DNA from: an uncultured delta proteobacterium
Lineage (GTDB): Bacteria > Desulfobacterota > SM23-61
DNA length: 64,000 nt
Direction: 5' to 3'
NCBI GenBank assembly: GCA_963760605.1
Contig: CAVXFA010000075.1
Coordinates: 11,237 to 75,236, forward strand
In this document: positions 11,099 through 21,397 of the stretch, in pieces
Layout of the letters: each line of letters starts with the position of its first letter
How positions within the stretch are numbered: the first letter of the stretch is position 1
Program-made: the position numbers and the translations under genes
The notes under the pieces: generated by a model
Told to the model about the DNA's origin: nothing
The model's input: only the letters and a program-made list of their open reading frames with translations
The model's database searches: none

Positions 11099-12440
11099 AC
11101 ATGCCCAGTAGTGTCCCAACGTTATTAGAGTAATTTTAGCTGGTTAAAGGAATCGGTCTCTTTTTCTTCCGGTTGAATTTGCGAAAGTAATTGCAATATT
11201 GGAGTTTTTTCAAAAAGAGACACGCTCAAAATCTGTAACATGGTATAGAGGCTAAGTTTCACTCGGAGCCCCTTTTTCACGATGGCTACCAAGACATAAA
11301 CACTGATAGCAATCCAAATCTGGGTCTTTACGGCATTCTCCGAAGTCCCATAAAACGCCTTGATCCGGAGATGCTGTTTGATCCATTTGAAGAATAATTC
11401 GATCTTCCACCGGCAGCGAAAAAGTTCGGCAATCGTGAAGGCCGGCAGTGTAAAATGGTTGGTTAGGAAGATCAACCTCTTCTTCTTTTCGGCATCGTAG
11501 TAGCGAATCCGGCGGAGCCGGTCGGGATAATCTTTGCGGGCATAAAAGCCATGGAGTTCGATGATCTGATCGGCTTGAACGCCCTTTGCTTTGTCGGCCT
11601 TCTGGGAATACAGACGCCGGAACCGGAAGTTTCTTTTAGCTCGGATGATGAAAAAAGCTCCAGCCCGATGAATCTTGTAGAGGCGTGCAAAGTCTAGATA
11701 GCCTCGGTCGAAAATGTAAATGGCTCCCGGCTCTATGAGAAGCTCGTCGAGCAGATTGACCTCGTGGACCTTGCCATGAGTTACAAAGATCAGCGTGGGA
11801 ATGCTGCCTCGCAAATCCATCAGGGTATGGAGCTTGATCGCTCCTTTTCGCTGGCGGAATTGAGCCCAAGGGAAAAGAGACAGACAAAGATCGATGGTTG
11901 TGGCATCGAAGGCATAGGCCGTTTGTTTTAACTCGACACCCAAATCTTCGTTGGCATAAAGGATTCGGGCTTGGCCGATCAAGATGTGGGCGAAATCGGC
12001 GTAGATGCGCCAATCGCGGACTAGGTTGGCGTGAGCCAAGGTGTTGCGAGACACGTTTCCACGAAAGCCCATATGATAGAGTTTTTGTTGATTGCCCCGA
12101 AGGCAGGCTTGGATGTCTCGGAGGCTTTCCCGATAGGTGAGTTGGGCAAAACCCATACAAAGGAATTGATCCCAGCAGGAAAAGGATTTGATTTTGTAGT
12201 TGCCCTGGTAGCGCTGGACACATTTTTGAAATTCGTATTGGGGAATGAACTCCATTAATTGAGAGAAGACTGTTTTTCCAACATTCATATGCCATCTCCT
12301 CGGAAAGAAGTAAAGGAGTATGGCATTTAGAGGATTTCAAATTCAAATCGAAAAATGACATTTTTTCTGAATATCAAAATGCTTTCTGTTAGTTAACTGA
12401 TTCCCCAATTACAACGTTGGGACACTACTGATACATGCCT
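11099..12440 (-). mobile_element. IS4-family (DDE) insertion sequence with terminal inverted repeats.
   Basis: The left end catgcccagtagtgtcccaacgtt (11101-11124) matches the right end (12409-12436, reverse complement) with an 18-bp perfect core cagtagtgtcccaacgtt. A single 387-aa transposase ORF lies inside. Confidence 0.75.
11125..12288 (-). CDS. IS4-family DDE transposase.
   Basis: The 387-aa protein has a DDE_Tnp_1-like organisation (FDRGY...CRWKIELFFKWIKQ). Confidence 0.8.
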   Translation of the reverse strand: MNVGKTVFSQLMEFIPQYEFQKCVQRYQGNYKIKSFSCWDQFLCMGFAQLTYRESLRDIQACLRGNQQKLYHMGFRGNVSRNTLAHANLVRDWRIYADFAHILIGQARILYANEDLGVELKQTAYAFDATTIDLCLSLFPWAQFRQRKGAIKLHTLMDLRGSIPTLIFVTHGKVHEVNLLDELLIEPGAIYIFDRGYLDFARLYKIHRAGAFFIIRAKRNFRFRRLYSQKADKAKGVQADQIIELHGFYARKDYPDRLRRIRYYDAEKKKRLIFLTNHFTLPAFTIAELFRCRWKIELFFKWIKQHLRIKAFYGTSENAVKTQIWIAISVYVLVAIVKKGLRVKLSLYTMLQILSVSLFEKTPILQLLSQIQPEEKETDSFNQLKLL

Positions 12441-12504
12441 TGTATGTGAAAGCGTTAAATTTAACGTAGGGACGCAATTTTCTTAAAAAATTGAGGACTC
12501 CTTC

Positions 12505-12612
12505 CTTGTTTTTGGTATTTTTCTTCAGAATGCAATAGTTCAAACGGAATTCAACAACTTTGGCCGTAAATGGCACCAACTTAGGGAAGCAATTTTTTTT
12601 CTTGACCACCTT
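12505..12612. repeat. Dispersed repeat of about 100 bp, with a second copy at 51175-51275.
   Basis: The sequence ttttggtatttttcttcagaatgcaatagttcaaa...ttgaccacc matches ttttggtattttctttcagaatacaataattcaaa...ttgacgaccc at about 75 percent identity. Confidence 0.5.
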
Positions 12613-12853
12613 ATTTAACTCGGTAATCCTCTGATGGAAAAAGTTGACGCTGAAGAGGGGCTTGAATTTCGATAGGGAAGGAAGCTTGGTTTAATGGAAA
12701 ATGGGAAAGCTGGTTGAAGGCGGGACAGGCTGGCTTTAATCCAACAGACAGAGGCAGATTACAACAAAAAGAGGCAGGGCCATTTCTGACCCCGCCTCTC
12801 TCCGGACACCTGCGTTCAGGTTGACTTGCTCTTAGAAGATCATTCCTAACGCC

Positions 12854-13348
12854 CTATCGTCGCGGAAGCTCAACGTCCCATTCGGCATTCGCATAAAACA
12901 GCATTTCCGCCGGATAATACATTTCAGTAGAGGTTCCCCCTCCATGGATGGCTTCAAACTTTCCGGTTCCCTTTACTATTTCCCACCGCGATATATTGTT
13001 TTTGACTTCCCCTTTGTAATAGTATTTGTCACCATCCTTGTCGGTTACATATCCATAGTAAACAATAGATCCAACTCCGGTTTTAAGGTTTACATCGGAA
13101 ATCCCCCTGTTTACATCGACCCACCCATCGTTAAACCACTTCCCTTCCCTATTATTTTGGATACCCTTGCCTTCCCAGACCGCAACTATATGTCCATCTT
13201 CGTCGCCAACATCAATTGGGTGAAATTTTGTAGTATACATCACGGTGCGGCACTTGAACTTCTCTCCAGCCAGCGCATCGCCCACCATGAAGGCACCCAT
13301 GGCGAAGGAGATTAATGCCATCATTGCAACGATTTTTGACTTAGACAT
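12854..13348 (-). CDS. Secreted hypothetical protein with a signal peptide.
   Basis: An N-terminal signal peptide (MSKSKIVAMMALISFAMGAFMVGDALA) is present. No domain was recognised. Confidence 0.5.
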   Translation of the reverse strand: MSKSKIVAMMALISFAMGAFMVGDALAGEKFKCRTVMYTTKFHPIDVGDEDGHIVAVWEGKGIQNNREGKWFNDGWVDVNRGISDVNLKTGVGSIVYYGYVTDKDGDKYYYKGEVKNNISRWEIVKGTGKFEAIHGGGTSTEMYYPAEMLFYANAEWDVELPRR

Positions 13349-13841
13349 GTTCCTTTCCTCCTTCTGATTTTGATTTGTTTGGTATGGATGAAAAATTAGT
13401 TGATTTTAGAAAGATCTCATTTGCACTTTAAGAAGGCTCCAAAGGGACGCAAAAATCCCCCTGGAGCCTTCATATTGGCACTTTTCTGTGGCTCCCTAAG
13501 ATTCCCATCGAGAATACACGATTATAAAAATGTTTCTTTCCTTTTTCGCCCCCAGACCGCAAGACTTGCAGGTGGACATCACCTCCTCTTAGACTGTAAA
13601 GAAAAAATTAACAAATACTGGAAATCATTTAATAAATTATTTCATCGAGATATCGTTTAGCTAGTAATGGAGTTTTCTATGACGATAACTCCTCTACCAT
13701 TGGCTTGACACATTGAAAAAATTGTCTTGCAATTATTACCTTTCTCGATATAAATTTCATGGTGCTAACCGTGAGATTATTTTGGACTATTCCTAACCTT
13801 CGAAAAAACCAAGAGTTACAACCGGGGCTGGGGATACAAAA

Positions 13842-16800
13842 ATGGTCCAAAGTTCGAGACCCTCCATTGAGATTGACCTGAATGAATTCAAGCTCCACCT
13901 TCATCTCAAGAGCCGAACTCAATTAACCCTCCATTTCAACTCACCTTCCCGAAGATTTTATCTCTCCGTGATTGCCTTAGTCGTCAACGAGATGAAGAAA
14001 TTGGGAAGAATCATATCCATCCCTCTACAGGAACACCTTGACCTGCTCGTCCTGTTGAACGAATCCGTAGGGAGTTTAGCCGGATCATCCGACATGAAGA
14101 ATCTGCTGCAGAGAATTTACATGAAGTGGAAGGATGCCCTTCCCAATTTGGAAGAAGCTCCTCTTTTTAAGGTGCTGGGGAAGAGAAAGGAAGAAGGGGA
14201 TGGAGCAGTCGGTAGGATCTATTCATTTACGGACGCGGAAAAGGATGGGTGGGCAAATCTTTTTGAGTATATGGGAAGCCATGAGAATGTGAGGCTCAAG
14301 TTCGCCGTAGATAAAATCGGAGTCAGTTTGAATGAAACTTCGATTCGCTTCGGGGATTCTCTAAATGCTGAGGCGTGGGATCAATTCATATCCAGTCTGA
14401 AAAATGGCAGGAAAGAAGAATCTGAGCCGGTGGAAGAGAGTGCGGCAATTGATTACTCCAACGCCAGGTCGTACACTCCGAAATCTCTCGCGGACAAGAT
14501 TCTCACCATCCGCAGTTCCGTCGAAGGAGAACGAAAGCCGGTGACGGTGTTCTTTGCGGATGTGGCCAATTATACCGCGATGTTTGAGAACCTCGACCCC
14601 GACGAAGTTCATCAGATCATGGATGGTTGTTTCAAGATCCTGATGGACGAGATCCACAAGTACGAAGGGACGATTACCCAGTTTACCGGGGATGGAGCCA
14701 TAGCCCTCTTTGGTTCCCCCATTGCTCATGAGGACCATGCTCAGAGGGCCTGCCGTGCAGCCTTAGACATTCAGAGGGCGATGGAGGGTTATGGGCAGAA
14801 GATCAAGAGGGACTATGGCCTGGATTTTCGGCTGCGGATTGGGCTCAATTCGGGTCCTGTGATTGTGGGTTCTATTGGGGATGACCTGCGGATGCACTAT
14901 ACGGCGATCGGGGATACGGCCGACCTTGCGGCGCGTGTGGAGCAGGCGTCCAACCCTGGAGAAGTCTGGATGAGCCAGGAAACACGGCATATCATCTGGG
15001 GGTATTTTAAGGAAGAATCGGTAGGGGAGATTGCTTTGAAAGGGAAAGCCCAGCTGCAGCATCTCTATCGGCTGATTTCAGACCTGCCGGAGGTACGGAC
15101 AAGTTTCGCCGTGGGTTTGGCCCGGGGGATGACAGATCTCGTCGGTCGCCGACCCGAGATGGAAGCACTTCAGTTGGCGTATGAGAGGGTGAGAGGCGGC
15201 GATGCCCAAGTGGTAGGTGTGGTTGGCGAGGCAGGTGTTGGCAAGAGCCGGCTGGTCTATGAGTTTCAAAAGAATTTAGGGACCGATGAGACTTGTCTCA
15301 CCGGCTTTTGTCTCCATTACGGCCGGAGCCTCAACTTTCTACCGGTGATCGATGTCGTCAAGGCCGCTTTTGGGATCGTAGAGGGGATGAGTGAAGAGGA
15401 AGCAGGGAATCGCATCATGGAGAGGGCCAAGAATGGCCTTACCCCGATGGTCCCTTTCTACAGGAATCTTATATCCCTAAAAGTAGACGATCCGAGATTC
15501 AACCTCCTTGATCCCGAGGGGCGCAAGTTTGGGACGTTCGAAGCTGTAAAGAAACTTCTTCTTGCCATGAGTGAGGAAAAGCCGTTGGTTATTTTCCTCG
15601 AGGACGTCCATTGGATTGACAAAATATCCGAAGAATATTTCACTTATTTTTCCCGCTGTATTCATGGCCACAAGATCATGATGATCTCAGCCTATCGTCC
15701 CGAGGGTGCTCCGCCCTGGGCCCAGGGCGCCCATTATCAGCGGCTGGGTTTGGCGACCCTCAGTTTCGATGCTTCCATTCGTCTGGTGAGAAACATCCTG
15801 GGCGGATTTCCTCTGGACCCGACACTTGAGAAGAAGATCGTGGAGAAGACTGAGGGAAATCCTTTTTTCGTTGAGGAAATCATGCGGGATCTTCACGATC
15901 GAGGGGATCTTGTGAAGTCGGGGGATCGGTACATCTGTAACCGTCCCATCAATCAGTTGGAGATCCCAAACACGATTCAGGGCGTGTTGGCCGCCCGAAT
16001 GGACCGTTTGGGTGAGGACCTCAAACAAACCATGCAGGTAGCAAGTGTCATTGGAAGGGATTTTGCCTTTCGCCCCCTCAAAAACATTATGGAGTTAGAA
16101 GAGGAGGAGCTGCGGGGGCGCCTGACGAGCCTGGTGGGGCTTGAGATTCTGTATGAGAAGGCGCTTTACCCGGAGCTGGAATACATCTTCAAACATGCCC
16201 TCACCCAGGAGGTGGCTTACGAGAGTTTGCTCAAGCAGAGGCGCCAGGAGATCCACGGTCGCATAGCCCGGGCTATCGAAGAACTTTACGCTGATCGGCT
16301 TCCCGAACGCTACGAGTTGCTTGCGTACCATTACGGGAGAAGTGGGGAGGCGGAAAAGGCCATTGAGTATTTAATCTTGGCAGGAGAAAAATCCAACCAA
16401 AATAAGGCGGTTCAGGTGGCTTATGATTTTTTTAGGCAAGCGTTAAAAGTGGTAGAAAGCGCCCATATTTCACTGGATCCGGAAAAAGAAAGAAGAATTC
16501 ATCAAGGATTGGCTTCGGCCAGTGTTGACATTGGTGATATTAATACAGGATTGGAGAATTACAAAAAAGCTCTGGAAGTCTGCCAAAAACACGGTATGAT
16601 CGCACAGGAGATGGAGATTCTGACGGGATTTGCATGGGCAAAGTGGTTTACGACTATGAAGCGTGAAGAAGTAATCAAATTCTGTGAAGAAGGAATGGCC
16701 AGAGCTAGAGAAGTGGGGGATAAAGGGGCCGAGAGTCAAATACTATCGATGAAGGCGTTCTATTTGGGTGGCCTAGGGCATTATTACGAAGGACACAAAA

Positions 16801-17798
16801 TGGCAGTCGAAGCTGAGGCAATGGCCCATCAGGGCAGGGACCAAGGAGTAGTCGGCGTTACTCGTATAGCGCTCGCGCAAGCGGAGAGATGGCTTGGCAG
16901 ACCTGGCAAAACAGTCGAATTAACAGAGGGGTTGAATGACGCGCTTGGCAAGATGTTTAGCATTTGGCTATTAGCTCTTATATTCATCCGGGGACTTGGT
17001 CTTACTGAGATAGGCCGTATACAAGATGCCTTCGAATTGCTCAAGCACGGAATTGATCTTTGTGACAAATTTGGAAGCACAGTTCACTTAGGGAGACTTT
17101 ACAACGCTCTGGGTTACTGCTACAGCGAGATTCATCATCCTGAAGAGGCTTGGAAATGCAACCTGAAAAGTGATGAGATTGCACGTAAACTCATGGAGCA
17201 ATATCCGATGGGCAGGCAAGTCAGTGCCGAGGTCCATATGAGCGCCAATGTCAACATGATGGAGAATTTGTTCGACCAAGGGAACAAGGAAGAAACATGG
17301 GATCGGATTAAATCTTTTGAAGAAGAACTGAAGATCCCCTACTATTATAGGGGGCGAGACCGCTGCGGGGCCCGGCTGGATTTCCTGGCCTCTCTTATCC
17401 TCTTGCAGCGCGAAAATATTGATGAAGCACGGGCCAGAATTATAAAAAACCTTGAATTATCAAGGAGAGAGCATACGAAAAAGATCGAAGGGCGATTTTT
17501 GCGGCTACTCGGCGAGGTGCAGATGAAACGCGACGAGTCCGACAGTGCCATTTGGAGTTTGAGCGAAGCTATTCAGATTCTTAGAGACGTAGGGAATCCC
17601 AGACAACTCTGGCAGGCTCATGCCTCTCTCGCATCTGTCTACGACAAGCTGGGGCGCGTAAGCGAAGCCAAAGAGCAATGGGGTGTCGCGGTGGAAGTCA
17701 TCCGCAAGACGGCAAAGGGCCTATCCGACTGCGAGCTTCGGGAGAGATTTCTTGGCGCCAAACCGATTCGAGAGATCCTTGCGAACGCCGGACGTTGA
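13842..17798 (+). CDS. Large signalling protein with four parts: a roughly 200-aa N-terminal domain of unknown function, a class III adenylate/guanylate cyclase domain, an AAA (AAA_16-like) ATPase, and TPR repeats.
   Basis: The cyclase motifs are VTVFFADVANYT and FTGDGAIALFG. The Walker A is GEAGVGKS. The C-terminus is long and helical/TPR-like. Confidence 0.8.
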   Translation: MVQSSRPSIEIDLNEFKLHLHLKSRTQLTLHFNSPSRRFYLSVIALVVNEMKKLGRIISIPLQEHLDLLVLLNESVGSLAGSSDMKNLLQRIYMKWKDALPNLEEAPLFKVLGKRKEEGDGAVGRIYSFTDAEKDGWANLFEYMGSHENVRLKFAVDKIGVSLNETSIRFGDSLNAEAWDQFISSLKNGRKEESEPVEESAAIDYSNARSYTPKSLADKILTIRSSVEGERKPVTVFFADVANYTAMFENLDPDEVHQIMDGCFKILMDEIHKYEGTITQFTGDGAIALFGSPIAHEDHAQRACRAALDIQRAMEGYGQKIKRDYGLDFRLRIGLNSGPVIVGSIGDDLRMHYTAIGDTADLAARVEQASNPGEVWMSQETRHIIWGYFKEESVGEIALKGKAQLQHLYRLISDLPEVRTSFAVGLARGMTDLVGRRPEMEALQLAYERVRGGDAQVVGVVGEAGVGKSRLVYEFQKNLGTDETCLTGFCLHYGRSLNFLPVIDVVKAAFGIVEGMSEEEAGNRIMERAKNGLTPMVPFYRNLISLKVDDPRFNLLDPEGRKFGTFEAVKKLLLAMSEEKPLVIFLEDVHWIDKISEEYFTYFSRCIHGHKIMMISAYRPEGAPPWAQGAHYQRLGLATLSFDASIRLVRNILGGFPLDPTLEKKIVEKTEGNPFFVEEIMRDLHDRGDLVKSGDRYICNRPINQLEIPNTIQGVLAARMDRLGEDLKQTMQVASVIGRDFAFRPLKNIMELEEEELRGRLTSLVGLEILYEKALYPELEYIFKHALTQEVAYESLLKQRRQEIHGRIARAIEELYADRLPERYELLAYHYGRSGEAEKAIEYLILAGEKSNQNKAVQVAYDFFRQALKVVESAHISLDPEKERRIHQGLASASVDIGDINTGLENYKKALEVCQKHGMIAQEMEILTGFAWAKWFTTMKREEVIKFCEEGMARAREVGDKGAESQILSMKAFYLGGLGHYYEGHKMAVEAEAMAHQGRDQGVVGVTRIALAQAERWLGRPGKTVELTEGLNDALGKMFSIWLLALIFIRGLGLTEIGRIQDAFELLKHGIDLCDKFGSTVHLGRLYNALGYCYSEIHHPEEAWKCNLKSDEIARKLMEQYPMGRQVSAEVHMSANVNMMENLFDQGNKEETWDRIKSFEEELKIPYYYRGRDRCGARLDFLASLILLQRENIDEARARIIKNLELSRREHTKKIEGRFLRLLGEVQMKRDESDSAIWSLSEAIQILRDVGNPRQLWQAHASLASVYDKLGRVSEAKEQWGVAVEVIRKTAKGLSDCELRERFLGAKPIREILANAGR

Positions 17799-18408
17799 AT
17801 GAGAAGAATGAAATGCTCAAAGTGCGAGACTGAAAATCCCGATACAAAAAAATTTTTGGCATGAGTGCCGCGCTGAACGTTGGGTCGGGAAGTATGAGAA
17901 AGAGCTGGCATCCATTTCGCAAAAAATCAACCGCAATATATTGTGGTTCAATCACTTGGCAAAAAGTTGTGTTTACTGTTATCTCCATTCAATTTATGGA
18001 AGCCCAAAAAGTTTTCAATATTCAAAACATACATAGAATCAGGATGCATGACTTCCTTCAGTAATCCTTAACCTCCTAAGCAACCCTCCGCTGAACAGTA
18101 CGTGAAGTTGTCAGTTAAGACCTAATTTGACCTTGTCTGCAAGGTTAAATTTTGACTTTTACCCATAAATTTCCTTTTCTGTTTTTAATAGGTTCAGCCC
18201 CCTTTTACTCCTTTCCGGATGACAAGCCCAGGAAGAAGAAGCGAGGGGGGTCCCATCATAAACTTTTTGACCGTTACCAATGGAGCCGGAAGGGTCCTAT
18301 GGTCCGGTCAGTTACAGATACTGCCGGAATATCGATGGATAAAGAGATTTTTCTTTTTCCCGGGCCTCTCTTAACGTAAATCTTGCATAAAAATCTCTAA
18401 CCGCATCA

Positions 18409-18468
18409 CCCCCACCCTTCCCTCCCCCCTCCGAGGGGGAGGGTTAGGGTGAGGGGGGCAAAAGTCAC
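18409..18468. repeat. GC-rich imperfect long hairpin (ccccaccc..ccctcccc / ggggaggg..gggtgagggg), followed by a small gtcacc-aaa-ggtgac hairpin.
   Basis: The palindrome is visible in the sequence. It shares the gggtgaggg / ccctcaccc motif with the hairpin at 27096-27150. Confidence 0.5.
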
Positions 18469-18677
18469 CAAAGGTGACGTCCTGCTGCCATCTATAAAAA
18501 GCATTTCCGCCACCTGAATTAAAGGACACAAAGAATATTTTGAAAAAGTTTTTGCAACAATAAGGTAAATTCGAACCATGGGTTTCTTTGGCTTTCCAAA
18601 TTTGCTATAATTCGCTCCCAAAGGGATTTTGCTCAAATCCCAGAGGTGACTTTCTTAAGCTTACCTGGAAATAAAAA

Positions 18678-21011
18678 TTGGCCAAAGTTCCTCGAGAAGA
18701 AAAGAGAAAGAAAAGACGCGAGGAAAAACGGAAGGCCTATCGTCTAAGAAGGATGCGGATACTACGTCAGAGGAAGGCCGAAGAATTTTCCTGGCTGGCC
18801 ATGGGAGCCTTTGACCGCAGGGACTATACGACGTCCTTGAACTGGGCTTTGAAGGGACTCACGATTGATCCATCCGATGGTTCTCTTATGGACATGGCCA
18901 TTCAATGCGCAGAATTTCTGGATGATGAAACTACCCTTTACTCCCTTTTACGACAATGCTGGGAGCAGGAAAGCCTCTGGGGAGGAGCAGGACACCTGAG
19001 GTTGGGGAGACTTGCTTTTCAGCGGAAAGATTTTAAGCTGGCCGCGAAGATTTTCCAAAAATTAATAGCTGGCCCGAAAACTGCGGCATGGCGCCTTCCA
19101 AAAACTCAGTTAAAAGAAGTGGAAGGGTATCTCGCGTCCTGTCAAAGGATGCAACAACCCGCTCAAACAAGAGTTGAAATCGTTGTAGGGCAACCCGAGG
19201 ATTCAGCAGAGCCAGCACCCCTGTCTTTTCCAGAGGGCAGGAGCCAGGCGGAGAAGGCAACAAACCTTGCCCCGGAAGATTCTCTGGAGCTAAAAATTTC
19301 TTTTGAGTTGAACGACAAGCCGATTTTGGAAGCAATAAAGGCAAACCGCAAGGCAGATCAGAATACATTCGATCTGGCCCTGCAAGCCTACAAACTCTCC
19401 TTCCGGGGCTCCTACGATCAGCTCCTATGTCTTTCTACGCTTCGTAACGTGCAATCCCTCTGGTATCAGGAGGAAACTGCCCGCAAAGTCATGAAGACAT
19501 TTCGCGGCCGGGCAATCCTGGCTGACGAGGTGGGCCTCGGAAAGACCATCGAAGCTGGCTTCGTCCTGAAAGAATACCTGCTGCGGGGTCTGGCGCGCTC
19601 GGTCCTGATCATCGTACCCAGCTCTCTGGTTCCCCAATGGCAAGAAGAGATGCAGGAAAAATTCAACTTGCCCTTTGTCTCCTCTAATGATCCTCTTTTC
19701 CGGGAAGAGCCGGAGCAGTTCTGGGCAGAGCCGTTTATTTTGGTTTCTTTGCAGACCGCCCGGACAAAAAACCATTTTGAGGCCATCACTTCCCGGATCT
19801 ACGATTTGGTAGTCGTGGACGAGGCCCACCACTTAAAAAACCGGACCACGCGCAATTGGAAGCTGGTCAATGCCGTCCAGAAGACTTTCCTGCTCCTGCT
19901 CACCGCCACCCCCGTGCAGAATAAGCTGGAAGAGCTCTATAACTTGGTTACCTTGCTCAGACCGGGCCATCTCAAGACCCTGAAGGCTTTCAAAGAAGAA
20001 TTCGTTACTCGCGGGAATCCCACAGATCCCCGCAACCGGGAGAAACTTAGACAGCTCCTTAAGGAAGTCATGATTCGCAACACCCGTTCGATCACCCAAC
20101 TCCACCTGCCTCCGCGTTTTGCCTTTACCACCCGGGTAAGCCCCAAGCCGGCTGAGAGCGATTTCTATCAAAAGGTCAGCGAATTTGTCACAGAGCAAGC
20201 TCATCTACCTTCGACCCACATTCCCAAGATGACCCTGCGCAGGTTGCTGGAGGCCGCCGGGTCTTCCCACATCGCCGCCCTGCGCATGCTGGAGAAAATT
20301 GCGGTTCAGAGTACGGACGGAATCCAGGACGGAGCAAAAGAAATTTTGGCCATGGGCGAGGCTATCCAGATGGGAAGCAAATCTCAAAAAGTCATGGAAA
20401 TCCTTCAGGCCTCACCCGATCAGAAGATCATTTTCGTGAATTATCTGGCTACCCTGGAATATCTCCAGAAATTGCTGGAAGAACGAAACATTCCTCATAC
20501 TGTTTTCCAGGGGAATTTGACCCCGTCCGAGAAACAAGCGGCTATGAATTCCTTCAAGGATGGATGTCCCGTCCTCCTCACTACGGGTATAGGCGGGGAA
20601 GGCTACAATTTACAATTCTGCCACATGATGATCAATTACGATCTCCCCTGGAACCCCATGCAAATTGAACAACGGATCGGACGCATCCATCGCATCGGGC
20701 AGGAAAAGGAGGTCCAGGTCTATAATTTTTGCGCTGCGGGGAGCCTGGAAGACCATATTCTGGATGTCCTTGATCGGAAGATCAATATGTTCGAGCTGGT
20801 GGTGGGGGAAATCGAGATGATCTTGGGCCGTATCGAAGGAGAACAGGAGTTCAGCGACCGGGTCTATGAAATCTGGGTCCGAAACGCGGATGAATCTCAG
20901 CGAAAGAAAGCTTTTGATTCCCTGGGGTCGCTTTTAAAACGGGCGAGGGCCGCCTATGAAAAGAGCAAGGAATTGGATGAAAAGCTCTTCCATGAGGATT
21001 TCGGGGTATGA
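18678..21011 (+). CDS. SNF2-family (RapA/HepA-like) helicase. The start codon is uncertain (TTG at 18678 or a downstream ATG).
   Basis: The protein has ADEVGLGKTIEAG (motif I), DEAHHLKN (motif II) and a helicase C domain (QRIGRIHRIGQ). Confidence 0.85.
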   Translation: MAKVPREEKRKKRREEKRKAYRLRRMRILRQRKAEEFSWLAMGAFDRRDYTTSLNWALKGLTIDPSDGSLMDMAIQCAEFLDDETTLYSLLRQCWEQESLWGGAGHLRLGRLAFQRKDFKLAAKIFQKLIAGPKTAAWRLPKTQLKEVEGYLASCQRMQQPAQTRVEIVVGQPEDSAEPAPLSFPEGRSQAEKATNLAPEDSLELKISFELNDKPILEAIKANRKADQNTFDLALQAYKLSFRGSYDQLLCLSTLRNVQSLWYQEETARKVMKTFRGRAILADEVGLGKTIEAGFVLKEYLLRGLARSVLIIVPSSLVPQWQEEMQEKFNLPFVSSNDPLFREEPEQFWAEPFILVSLQTARTKNHFEAITSRIYDLVVVDEAHHLKNRTTRNWKLVNAVQKTFLLLLTATPVQNKLEELYNLVTLLRPGHLKTLKAFKEEFVTRGNPTDPRNREKLRQLLKEVMIRNTRSITQLHLPPRFAFTTRVSPKPAESDFYQKVSEFVTEQAHLPSTHIPKMTLRRLLEAAGSSHIAALRMLEKIAVQSTDGIQDGAKEILAMGEAIQMGSKSQKVMEILQASPDQKIIFVNYLATLEYLQKLLEERNIPHTVFQGNLTPSEKQAAMNSFKDGCPVLLTTGIGGEGYNLQFCHMMINYDLPWNPMQIEQRIGRIHRIGQEKEVQVYNFCAAGSLEDHILDVLDRKINMFELVVGEIEMILGRIEGEQEFSDRVYEIWVRNADESQRKKAFDSLGSLLKRARAAYEKSKELDEKLFHEDFGV

Positions 21012-21397
21012 ACAAAGTTTTTGATCCAGAGCTTTTCTCTTTTTCAGTCCAGTTGCTCGAAAAGAATGGCGGGCTAGTTGAACAGCGCTCTGACCATCTA
21101 ATGACATTGCTCCCCGGGCATCTAGCCCATTCATTAGAACTCCCCGAAGAGGTTCGACTGGGGGGAGATGGGGTGCCACTCCTTTACGGGAGCCCCTTAC
21201 TGGACCGCCTCACTCACCTGGCTACCCGAGAAGTACCCATTGTTTACGGCCAGGTGGAAATTCCCTATTTGAAAAAGGCTGGGTTCGAGCAGCTCATCGG
21301 CCAAGATCTGTCGTTCACGGACGGCCAGGCCCACATGACCAGCCGGGGGAGGCCCGCACGAGTTATATGGTGCTGGTTTGTCATTACGTTGCCCTAA
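21008..21397 (+). CDS. Hypothetical protein, translationally coupled to the SNF2 helicase (ATGA overlap).
   Basis: The ORF start overlaps the helicase stop. No domain was recognised. Confidence 0.45.
   Translation: MNKVFDPELFSFSVQLLEKNGGLVEQRSDHLMTLLPGHLAHSLELPEEVRLGGDGVPLLYGSPLLDRLTHLATREVPIVYGQVEIPYLKKAGFEQLIGQDLSFTDGQAHMTSRGRPARVIWCWFVITLP

Noticed and set aside
11636-12361. A 241-aa ORF overlapping the IS4 transposase on the same strand in another frame.
   Set aside because: It lies entirely within the transposase gene and has no homology-like features. It is a frame artefact.
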